A stretch of DNA of 64,000 nt from Octopus bimaculoides (taxonomy: Eukaryota): the NCBI RefSeq assembly GCF_001194135.2, contig NC_068990.1:45614827-45678826 (forward strand), given 5' to 3'. The position numbers and the translations under genes are program-made. The notes beneath the pieces are model-generated. The model did no database searches, was not told where the DNA came from, and was given only the letters and a program-made list of their open reading frames with translations. Position 1 is the stretch's first letter, and each line of letters opens with the position of its first letter. Below, one piece after another: positions 53,101 to 64,000 of the stretch.

Positions 53101-55909
53101 ATATATATAATACACAACAGTCTTGTAAAGCCTCAAGCATTTTTAAGCAGATGTGAAATGAAACTTCTAGACAAGACATTGATCTATCATCGTGTTCTGA
53201 TACCTTACTAGATGAACTGGTAACTATTCCAGCTGGCTAGATGAACCAAAAGCACATAGTCCCATAGTTTATTGGCTTGGCTACCCACCTCTACAATGTC
53301 AACCTGTTTCAGAAGTGAGCAAATCTACAATTAATATACAAGTGACAGTTCCTGTGCCAAAGTTGAGTTGATATGTAAAACATCCTAGATTCAGTCCAAT
53401 GTTTTTATGGAACATTGGATAACAGACAGAAAAAAAAGAAATAAAAATCTCTGCACTATCTCTACCTCCTTCTGTATTTAGATCAAACAGAAATTAAATT
53501 GGTTAATATTTTGCACTCTGAGAATCAAATACATCTCTAGATAATGCAATATGTATATTCTAGTTTCATCATCATAATCACTGTCATTTTGTCAAATAGG
53601 TCTTCATTTACAATTGTCACCATCTCAGCAAATTATACAGAGGTTTGATATTGAGTACACATCTAAAAGGATTGGCTGAAAGAAGTATTAGCCATGTAAT
53701 AATAACAGAGATGGAAAAAAATAAGTATGCTAGCAGTACAATACAGGCCACTGAAACAATGAAGGAACTGGTAACAAGGCCAGACTTGCTCTACAAATGA
53801 AAAGTGTCATACAATAAAATACAGACAAGGAAACTTGCAGAACTGGAAACAAGAAGATACCAACAATGTCAAAGACTGAGAAGTGAAATGAATAGACTCA
53901 AAGTTCCTGATATTGGTGGAATATGCTGGACTCAATCTAACTGAATTCCCAATGTAATATCTAGAATTTCTAATTATAATTACAATGTCAGCAGGCCATT
54001 ACGCAGAAAAAAATTGCATGTCTTTTTCACAGCGATACACATTATTTTATATTATATTCTTCCATATAAACACAAAAGACCCCAGACTTGGTTTAAAACT
54101 GACTCGTAATAACTTGTTATAACAATGAGGTTTTCAAAATAATTTCAATAAAGTGAACCTTATTCAAACCTATTTTGCAATAATGACTTTATTTTTATTT
54201 TTACTCTGCAAAATACTGTAACAATCTGTCAAAATTAAAACATTAAATCTGAAGAATTCAGTGAGATATTGAAAAATTAATAGAACACCAACCAAAAGAA
54301 AGAATAAAGAAATAACACAGAGAAAAAAAGGGAAGTAAAGGTTAATTTAGGAAAAAAAAAAACCCATTTATCTCAAAAAAAATTTTTAAATAGCTATTAT
54401 GTAAAATTGTTAGGATGACTAGGAATGAGACAATACAGAGCTTACAGCTATTTTTCAACAATTATTCAATTGTAAAAGAATAATATTATCATAATCCACA
54501 AATTATTTAAAAGAATTTTTTGTTTTTTGCATTTTAATATTTCTAAAATATATTTGTCAGTAACCTGTGTATTTATAAAGAACAAAATGAAAATGCTTCA
54601 TTCAAATCACTCAAAAAATTCCTGCTTCCAAATAGTGGTTTCCACTTACATATCCCTATTTCTAGTGCATGTATCTTTTAAGAACATCTGTTATATTAAT
54701 ATACAATCTCAAAAGAAATATTAACAACATCATATACCTACAATTAAAAGGAATATTCTTTTAAGAAATACCATGATATAATTTGGAGAAAACTACATAT
54801 AAATTACTAAATATAATAAAGGAAATCACATTTTCAAAGAAAATAAGATAAAAGTTAGTGTCACTCTGTTTAAACAGAAATTCGAAAATATTTCTTCTAA
54901 CATCTGTCTTAGTATTGCACCCCCGTCAAAGAGTTAATAGTTGATTCTTAATAAATGAATACTAATCCAGGAAAGTTTTCATTCTGTAATCAATAAATGA
55001 CAGAAATAAAATGAGACGGCCAATTTCTCCATCTCCACTGTTTGGACCAAATGTCATATAAACTAGTTCAATAGCTCAATAGTAGATTTTTTAAATTGGT
55101 GTCACAAAATGCTAGGATGAAGTTCTGTGATAAACACTATACTTTAAATATCAGAGCTGTGGCAGAACTTGGTCTTAGACTCCATGGAAACAAACTGTAG
55201 TGTTTGGTTCAATTAGTTACATTTTATTGAGGAGTATCATGCTACCAAAGCTTGTATAATACATTGTCTCTCATGTTTAAGGTGAAGGCATGAAGGAAAA
55301 AAACAAAACCCCCCCAAAAAAAAAACCCCAGAAATATAACATAGCTTACAACAACAACAAAAAATTTAGCAGGATTCATCTTACTAAATAATAACAAGAA
55401 CTAAATGAAGTGCAAACATAAAAAGAAACAGAAGTTTTAATGCTCAGAGAATAAAATGTCAGTAATAATGTTCCTTTTTAATACCCTATTTTCAATTGTG
55501 TTATGCTTGAAAGACATTAATACCTGCTTCCTTTTGTATGCTATCAACAGACCTATGTCCCCTGTTAAGAACTGGCAAACTAACCAGGATTGCTATTACA
55601 TTTTTAAATACTGTACTCATAATGAATAGTAATTACATTTATGAGACCTCACAACTTTCTTCTTTCAGTTAAAATACACTGAGTTAACATAACAAATAAC
55701 TATATTGTTTTAATTTGGTCTTTTTTTATAAGTCAGGGTTGTTAAAAACAAATCTGGACATTTAGCTTAATTTATTGGAGCCAATGCCCAACATATCTCC
55801 AAGCTGAAACATAGAAAGTTTGTCTCATAAAAAGTCACAATAAAATGCATGGCCATGAATCATGGAGACAAACTTGTAAAATGTCATAAAATCGGCCATT
55901 TCACATTTA

Positions 55910-56090
55910 CCATATTCTTCTGCTTACAAGTCAAAGGTTTCAGACCAAAATTTACAACCAAAAAAAGATAAGTTGACTTATACACCAAGGCAACTTGGAG
56001 GATCAAAAATTTCATGTGAAATGCAGAAGGATTTGGAAAGAAACTGACAATGTTTGAACGTTTACACTACATGTTTACATTACATTGACT
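55910..56090 (+). mobile_element. Tc2/pogo-like non-autonomous DNA element fragment, copy 2
   Basis: Starts TA-ccatattcttctgcttacaagtc; shares ttcagaccaaa, acttatac, ggagga.caaaaatt, gaaatgcag and gtttacac with 4238-4420. Confidence 0.55.
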
Positions 56091-56257
56091 AACATACTGA
56101 AAAATATGGCATAAATTCTAAAACTGTCAAATTTAATTGCGGGAATTAAATATATTCCATGAATAAATAATAATAGTAAGATCACATTATATATTTCAAA
56201 GTATCTTTCTTTTAAGAAGATTTACTGAGCATAAAAAAGAGAAAATGATCAAATTAC

Positions 56258-56348
56258 CTGTTTTGGTACTGTTGGCTTTGGTTGAACCCACTCACGAGCT
56301 ATATAACGCTTGTGTTCATATTTAGCCCTGATAAAAGCTTCCAATGCA
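56258..56348 (-). CDS. SMAP1: SMAP exon ALEAFIRAKYEHKRYIAREWVQPKPTVPKQ (end of ArfGAP domain); start is 56348 (GG acceptor) or 56354 (AG acceptor, adds CG)
   Basis: Matches the ArfGAP FIR.KYE.K.Y motif; donor CAG|gtaatt at 56257; both candidate starts keep frame. Confidence 0.92.
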
Positions 56349-57133
56349 CCACAACTTAGTCAAAGTACAATAACAATCAGATGAAAGTTAATCATTTAAA
56401 GTAACTCATTATAAATGTTTGTAGGCTGAGGACAAAACAAAAATCGAATAAGAAGAAAATCATTAAATTTAATTTAAATTCATACTGATTATTGATCGCT
56501 TTCACTTTCATTAAACAATAATATACCTGTAGGTAAAATTAATTACACATTCCAATTTCACATGTAAACAATCGTCAAAAAGAACAGAAAGCTCCTTTCT
56601 TGCCAGTAGGAACAGAAATCCTCCATCTAAACACACACAAATTCCCATACCATCACTACCTGCGCCAAAGTTCCACATGTGAGATTTACATACTAGATGA
56701 AGCTTGCAATATATTCTAGTGACCTTGCTTTACACTTGGAAGAATCAGAAAAATATCAGATGAGTGAACACACTGTAAGCGTTCACTGCACCACATTTAG
56801 TGGAAATAACAAAATCATCACATTAATAAACAATATAATAAAATTGATGAAGGATAATGATAGCCTAGCTTGGACTCAGTCTTTTTTCTCCCACAAACCT
56901 AAGATTATTCCAACCATACATCACCTTACACTCTACATCACTGCATGTCCATGCCATAGGGTATAGTATGAACCTTAGCAGAATGAGTTGTTTGGATGCT
57001 GGCGATTTGGCAAGGTTGACTGGACATTGAACCTGTTATGGTGGCAATACTTTTTGGCACTGAAAGCAGACACACAGGTATATACACAAAAAGAGAAATA
57101 TGCTTCACACACATAGACAGGGGGAAAGAGGGT

Positions 57134-57173
<40 letters not shown>

Positions 57174-58163
57174 ATAAGAGAATCATTAAATGAGAGAAAT
57201 ATTAACACATCTGATGTCAAATAAATCAGCATCAAATCAGTGATGCCAAATAAGTGGTGCCAAAATGGCTGTACTACAATGTGACACAATATAACTGAAA
57301 CACAAACCTGACGGCTATGTCAGTTCATTTCGCACCATGTAACTGTTTAAATAGAGTTGACATGAGGCAACACTCTCCTGTTCACTGTATGTTCCAATCC
57401 AAACAGACACACGTACATGTACAACTAACTACAAACACCCAAATATTAATATCACACCAGTACAAATATTATGTCACTCTCAATAAACATAAAACACACA
57501 CTAAAATAACTGAAGTACCAACTGTCACATTAGCTTTAAACAAAATCTGTGCTGTCCTGTTAACCTTCTCTAATGAATCCTTGCCTAAAAAAAGGAAAAC
57601 TTGTGTGTGCATACTAGTCTCCAATTACACCACAAGCAGCATAATAATACAGACACAACTTAGCCTGACTGTCAATGTGTACCTTATGTGGTTAAATGGT
57701 TGCATATAAGAACATAGAGTTCAGAAATAACTCTCTCTATATAAAATCCAAACAAAGTTAGCAGTAGTAACTGAGAATTAAATGAAAGAGATCAATGACA
57801 TGGAATATTTTCAGGCCATTGATTTCTTTCATTTATTGAATAGCTCCTCCTATCTCTTCTTTTATTATATTTTTGTATGCAAATAATCCGGCATTTATAA
57901 ATATGACCCAAATTATCAAACTTCAAAACTAAAACCACTTACTTGAATACTGACAAAATAAACTTTTATATTGTATTAAAATAGTTTAACAAATTGACAA
58001 GTTCAAAAATGAACACACTTCCTGTTAATTAAAGAGTGTCACTACCTATGGAAAATACAAATTTCAAAGATTCCTGGCTGTATGTGAATGTGTGTGTGTA
58101 TATATATATATATCGTTATTTAATGGCAGCATGGAGGACATACATTAAATGATGATAATGATG

Positions 58164-60815
58164 TATATCATCATCATTTAATGTCCACTTTCCCTGCTGG
58201 CATGGGTTACACAGGTTGACTGAAGCTGATAAGCCAGAGAGCTGCAGCAGGCCCCAGTCTGGTTTGGCATGGTTTCTACAGTTGGATGCCCTTCCTAATG
58301 CCAACTGCTCCAGGAGTGTAATGGGTGCTTTTATGACCTTGACTATGATTCACAGGTGCTATTTACATGGCACTGGCAATAACCATTGTTACAATTCACA
58401 GGTGCCATTTAGATGGCACTGACCATGACCACGACAATTCACAGGTGCCATTTGCATGGCACCGCCAATGACTATGATTCATGGGCGCCATTTACAAGAC
58501 ACTGCCGATGGCCCAACTCCAATTTCACAGCTGCTATTTACATGACACTAGCAATGGCCATCACTATGATTTCACGGGTGCCATTTACATGACACCAGCA
58601 TAGCCACAACTATGAATTCACTTGACCTGACAAGTCTTCACATGCACAGTATATTACCAGAGGTGTCAGTCATCACCTCCATGAGGCCCAACATTCGCAG
58701 TTCATGCCTCACCACCTCATCCCATATTTTCCTGGGTGCACCTCTTCCACAGGTTCCCTCCACAGAGATCGACACTTTACACAACTGTCCTCATCCATAT
58801 GCGTCATGACCATACCAGCACAGTCATCTCTCGTGCACACTACATCTGATGGTTCGTATACCCAACTTTTCTCTCAAGATGCTAACACTGTCATACATGC
58901 ACACTGACATTACACATCCAGCAAAGCATACTAGTTTCATTTCTTTCAAGCAAGCCTACGCATGTCCTCAGCAGTCACAGCCCATGTTTCACTGCCTTGT
59001 AGCACAGCTGTTTGCATACAAGCATCATACAGTCTGCCTTTCATTCTAAGGGAGAAGCCCTCTGTTACCAACAGAGGTAGGAGTTCTCTGAACTTTGCCC
59101 AGCCTATTCTTATTCTCACAACTACACTTTCAGAGCATCCACCTCCACTACTGACTTGGTCACCTAGATAACGGAAGCTATCAACTACCTCTAGCTTACC
59201 TCCCTGGCATTGGAAGGAGTCTATTTTCTGTATATTTGTAGTGTTTATTGTACCTGTGCACCTTTCACACACAAAAACTATTTTCCATGTTAACCTTCCT
59301 TTGATATTGCTGCACCTCTTATGCGTCCATAGCTTACACTGAGTACATCTTATGGCATTTCTATCTACACCTTTCCTACAGATCGAGCAGGGCCATCTAC
59401 ATGAAAGGATTTGTGATTTGTCCTCTTTCTTACTTACTAACTAAGGCTTTGGTTTTTGCTAGATTAACTATAAAGTTCTTTGATTCTTAACTTAGCTTCC
59501 ACACTTGAAATTTCTGCTCTAGTCCTGGAAGTGATTTAGCTATGAGAACAAGATCATCAACATAGAGGAGTTCCCAGGGGCAGCCTGTCTTGAATTCCTC
59601 TGTTATTGCCTGGAGGACTATGATGAACATGAGGGGCTGAGGAATGATCTTTGGTGAACCCCTACTTGTACGCTGAATTCATTGTTATACCCACTGCCAA
59701 CCCTTACCTTACTGACAGCATTCCTGTACCTGGCTCGTTTGGCTCTCACCAATTTGTCTATCCTTAGTTTCCATATTGACCACCTGATAAGGGATCGGGG
59801 GGATCCTGTCAAAGGATGTCTCCATGTCAACAAAAGCCAAAAACAAAGGTTTATCTTTGGCTAGGTACTTCTCCTGCAGCTGCCTTACCAGAAATATAGC
59901 ATCAGTGGTGCTTCTCCCTAGCACAAAACCAAACTGTATCTCATCTAGACTTTCTTCCTAATTAGTGGGCTATGACCCTCTCTGTAACTTTCATTACCTG
60001 ATCTAACAGTTTGATACCCCTATAATCATTTCTCTCTAAGACATCACCTTTACCTTTGTAGCAGTTGACTATGATGCTGCTACACCAGTCATTGAGTATT
60101 ACTCCCTTGTGTATAACCTGGTTTACTATATGGATAACTAGACTATACCTCACGTCGCCAGATATTTTAAGCATCTCAGCAGTGATTCCTGATGGGTCAG
60201 GGGCTTTCTTGGTCTGCATATCTTTTGTAGCTTTTTCTACCATGCTACTGGCTATTTGGATTGCTGGTCCCTCTGTTGGATCCACATTAGGTGACTCTCC
60301 TTCTCTTATGTGTTCTCTACATTTAGTAGCCTTTCATAGTGGCACTTTCAAGCCTCTTTCTTTGCGGAGTCACCAACTGCAAATGAACCATCATCCATGC
60401 AAATACACTTCTCTCCCACAACATCACAATTTTCCCTGGCACACTGTCTTGCAAGCTGAAAGACTTCAAGCCTCTGTAAGACATTGGCAAACTTCTTCCT
60501 TTCTGCTTCACTCCTAGCTAAGTATTCCTAGCTTCCATTCTAGCTGCCTGATATAACTCCTTGCAACCAGCTCCCTTGCTGGGACTTTGCACCAGCCACA
60601 AATTTGGTCTGAGCCTCTCAGTAAGTTGTCCCATAGGAACTTCCAGTTATCCTCTATATTGTAAGTCTGTAACTCCTCCTCCTTCGCATCAAATGCATCA
60701 TTTAGGAAGTCTCTAAATCTCTGACTATTCAAAGGATCCTTAAACTTCTAGATCCTGCTTTTCCAAACTGGCTTGCTTCTTGGAATCCTTCCAGCCAGTA
60801 GCTTGAAGTCCCCAA
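58164..60815 (-). mobile_element. 5'-truncated RTE-clade LINE (~2.65 kb) inside the U12 intron, sense to the host gene
   Basis: ORF pieces KAPDPSGITAEMLK, NCYKGKGDVLERNDYRGIKLL, RSTTDAIFLVRQLQEKY, LEVVDSFRYLGDQV, SETWAVTAEDMRRL; (CAT)n tail at ~58168-58177. Confidence 0.92.
58345..58618. repeat. Minisatellite, 6 degenerate 40-47-bp units in the RTE 3' UTR
   Basis: Units of cacaggtgccatttacatggcac...gactatgatt. Confidence 0.8.
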
Positions 60816-60949
60816 TAAGTAACCTATGCTGTAGAATACATTCTTCTCCAGGTAAGACCTTTGCATATATATGTGTGTGTGTGTGTGTGTATAAGTATAT
60901 GTGTGTGTGTATGTATATATATATATAATATGTATGTATGTATTATGTA

Positions 60950-60986
<37 letters not shown>

Positions 60987-61482
60987 AGTGGTTGGCATTT
61001 GGAAGAGCATCCAGCTGTAAAAACTCTGCCAAAACAGACATGGTAGCATGGGGTAGTCTTCTACCTAGCTGGCTCCTGTCAACCGTCCTACCCATACATG
61101 CATGGATGACAGAAATTAAATGATGATGATATATATACACACATGCATATATGTATGTGTGTGTGTATGTGTATTTTTATACACACATTCGCACACAAAC
61201 AAATGTCCGTGTTGTTAAGAAGTTAGCTCCCCAGTCACATGGTTTTGGGTTCAGTGCCACTATGTGGCACCTCAGACAAGTGACTTCAACTATAGCCCTA
61301 CAGTGGTATACAGATTCATGATCCAACAGCCATTAGCCTAATATCTTATCCTTTTGTGAGAATGTACCAGTTTTATATGTGTACAATGCTTTAATTTTAA
61401 ATAGTGCTTGTAATTGAAATAAAATTTGAGAAATACACTTTCAGTTTGAGTGTTTTTCACAAAAAAAAAAAAAAAAGGATAC

Positions 61483-61568
61483 GAATCTGTCTGCGGTCTT
61501 CGGAAATTATCGGGAATGTTAGCTTCATAAACAGCTCTTGCACGACTGTTTCCCATTTCCATTAACAT
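61483..61568 (-). CDS. SMAP1: SMAP-family ArfGAP, first coding exon visible in window (ArfGAP domain C-terminal half), MLMEMGNSRARAVYEANIPDNFRRPQTD-S; gene 5'-incomplete
   Basis: Acceptor ttttttgcag|ATG at 61568; 86 nt (phase 0 to 2); donor |GTATCCTTT at 61482. Peptide matches the recalled SMAP1/2 ArfGAP segment MGN..AR..YEA.LP..FRRPQ.D. SMAP1 versus SMAP2 cannot be resolved, so the symbol denotes the family. Confidence 0.93.
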
Positions 61569-63921
61569 CTGCAAAAAATATAAAAGAGAAACAATATTAC
61601 AAAAGACTGGAAAAGAATTCAAATAGCTACTGTATATATTTCCAGCTTAACAGAATTGTTAAAGTACTCAATATGTATAATACAATGAAACATCATAAAG
61701 TTGCTATTGTTGAGCAACTTCCATTGAATAGATTTTGGCATGGAAGCAGCTAGTCAAACCATGGTGTATTTATATTGTGTACTAATACATTTCTGCACTG
61801 TTTCTATCTATTTAACATTTTCTACACTATTTATGAACACAGGAAACTGTCATTTAAAAACACATCATTTGTAAAACAATGTTCAAGTTTATTTTCTAAT
61901 AAATGTCAGGCATACTGTCTTTCACTAATCACAATATACCACAGCTCTCATCATTCCATATTTAGTAAGCAGACAGGATGTCTACCATAACACTCAAGAT
62001 TTGGCACTCAAAGCAACGAAGATTTAACCACTGACTTAAATGTTTCAGTTGTTCATTCACTTAACTATAACTCAATCAATCTATAGTTAAGGTGATGGTA
62101 CTGATGGAGGAAAAGGTGAGTCTAAGGCAATGAGAAAGGACAAAAAAAAAAAACAAAAAACTATTGAAACAAAACTTGAAAGAAATCATCTCTTAGATTT
62201 TTTCTTTCCAGTGTATGAAGCAACAAATACTAAGTTTAGAGCATAGTTCATAGAATTTAATGGTTGAGAAACATCTCCCTTCCTCTTATTAGTTGTAGTA
62301 ATCCAGTGATTCTGAATCTGGTCCCCATTTTCCTTGGAGGTATGGGAGTATGACATTCTAAATCTACTATAATTTTCTCTAAAATATACATGACAAATTC
62401 CTTATGATTTCTGTACCTGGATTCCCATACATGAAGTATATGTGCACAGGCATGGCAGTGTGGTTAAGAAATTTATTTCCTAACCAAATGATTTGGGGGT
62501 TTAATTCCAGTACATGGCACCTTGGGCAAGTGTCTTCCACTATAGCCCCAAGCTAACCAAAGCTTTAGATGTGGATTTGGCAGATGGAGACTGAAAGAGC
62601 CCTTCATAAGTATATATGTGTGAGTGAGTGTGTATATTTTGTATCTCCTTGTCTTGACATAACACAAAAGTTGTAAATAAGTGTCATTGTTATACATGCA
62701 GTGTCATTCACTTCCAATATTCTGAAGAAACATGTCTGTCCAAAGGGTATGATTACTTTACTTGGAAACAAGTAGGGGTTGGCAACAAGAAAGGAATCTG
62801 GTGATAGAGCATCTGCCCCAATAAACTCCATCCATATCATGCAAGAATGAAGAAGCAGACATTAAAACAATGATGATGAAAGTAAAAACAAACAATTGAC
62901 ATATTTTGAAGTCTAATAGGAGTAGTTGTAGGGATGTTGATTGCAACAATCTGTGAAGGGGATATAGAATTATAAAAAAGGTGAAGAACTTTGTGCTAGT
63001 GGATGGATCTGTGTTTAGCATTTCAAGCCAGAGAAACTTTAGTTATACAACACCTCAGTGATTTGTACCTTTCCATAGTATACACATATATATGGATAGA
63101 TGGATGAACCAAAAAAAGGGACCCTATACATAGTCATTCAACTTACTAGAAGTAACAGCTAAATTTCCTTTAAATTAAACCCTACCATCAAGAAAAAGGG
63201 AGGGAACATTGGATAATGTAGTCCTACACTAACAGTTGCCTGGGAAAGAATGGGATAGTTGTATCTGTCAGGTCAAGCTGATCTGGAACTATACAACAAT
63301 AACCTTTATTGTCCAGTAAGTGTTAAATATCTTTGCTGCAGATAGTAGAGCACTGACACTAGAATATAAACTGAAACCTTAACTAGTGGCCTTCATTCTA
63401 ACAAATCAGCCATTTATGGCTTTCAACAGCTAAAACAGACTGCCCGCTTTGCTCCTTTGGAGATGATACTGATGTCACTAATAAGTACCCTTGCTTTTAA
63501 AATTCTCACAGTAGTGGTGCTGCTTTATCTGAATATTCTCATGTAAGCTTTCTAGATTCCTACAGTGACATTATATTTATTTCATATGACTGCATGAAGG
63601 CAAAGCAATTTTAGTTATTGGATAACATATAAAACTTTTATGTAGAAAGGGAATTACCACAAAGGAGGGAATAAGAACAACAAATATAAACAACAACAAT
63701 CCTTGTTATAATGGAGCTTTTGTAAGTATATCTATATATGTAAGTGAAACACTGCTAGCCCTTCCTCTTCTACCAACCACTTCAGAGAAGTACTGAAGCA
63801 GAAGTAATTGTGTTGTCTCTTACACAAACCACATCTCTGAAGGAATGAAATAGAAAGTGTAATACACACACACACCATATTATACCTATAAGGAGTAGGG
63901 AATTAGAGAGAGAAAGCAAGC

Positions 63922-63924
<3 letters not shown>

Positions 63925-64000
<76 letters not shown>
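63925..64000. repeat. (GA)n microsatellite running off the window
   Basis: Direct inspection. Confidence 0.95.

Larger units (their letters stand above)
56349..61482 (-). other. U12-type (minor spliceosome) intron of the SMAP gene
   Basis: Donor GTATCCTTT equals the U12 consensus RTATCCTTT. Branch-like TACTTTGAC at 56367-56359 (A at 56360). No long polypyrimidine tract before the exon. Confidence 0.8.

Noticed and set aside
56349-56356. Treating the AG at 56356-56355 as the certain acceptor
   Set aside because: Only 5 nt from the U12-like branch A and adds two residues relative to the homologous register; kept only as the alternative.
56527-56626. U2-like acceptor (tgtttag|) and donor (CAG|gtatat) pair inside the U12 intron
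   Set aside because: Would need hybrid U12/U2 splicing and introduces a stop; such motifs arise by chance in 5 kb.
61600-64000. Search for upstream SMAP exons (CxxC...WASWNLG...CIRCAGIHR)
   Set aside because: No such coding sequence seen; they presumably lie outside the window.

Overview
AT-rich, microsatellite- and gap-rich animal genomic DNA. The repeat repertoire suggests a coleoid cephalopod, probably Octopus (inference). The window is spanned by one minus-strand gene, an ArfGAP of the SMAP1/SMAP2 family, which I reconstructed by hand as 10 coding exons. The exons are 61568-61483, 56348(or 56354)-56258, 28457-28386, 23493-23382, 18402-18227, 15374-15236, 12662-12510, 7368-7250, 6763-6602 and 4124-3957. 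They total 1278 nt, stay in frame and end in GQTLSTNLWQ*. The N-terminal zinc-finger exons are not visible and presumably lie beyond base 64000. The introns hold RTE and Tx1-like LINE remnants, Tc1/mariner remnants, MITEs, two tRNA-derived SINE families and many simple repeats. The strongest finding is a minor-spliceosome (U12-type) intron, 61482 to ~56349. It has a GTATCCTTT donor, and both branch-point spacing and protein register point to a non-canonical GG acceptor. Other notable structures: a ~460-bp fold-back palindrome, a mariner derivative built from two 5' ends, about 12 co-oriented SINEs nested in (TAA)n, and two inverted RTE LINEs bracketing the exon that follows the U12 intron. Most ORFs in the supplied track are microsatellite or gap artefacts.
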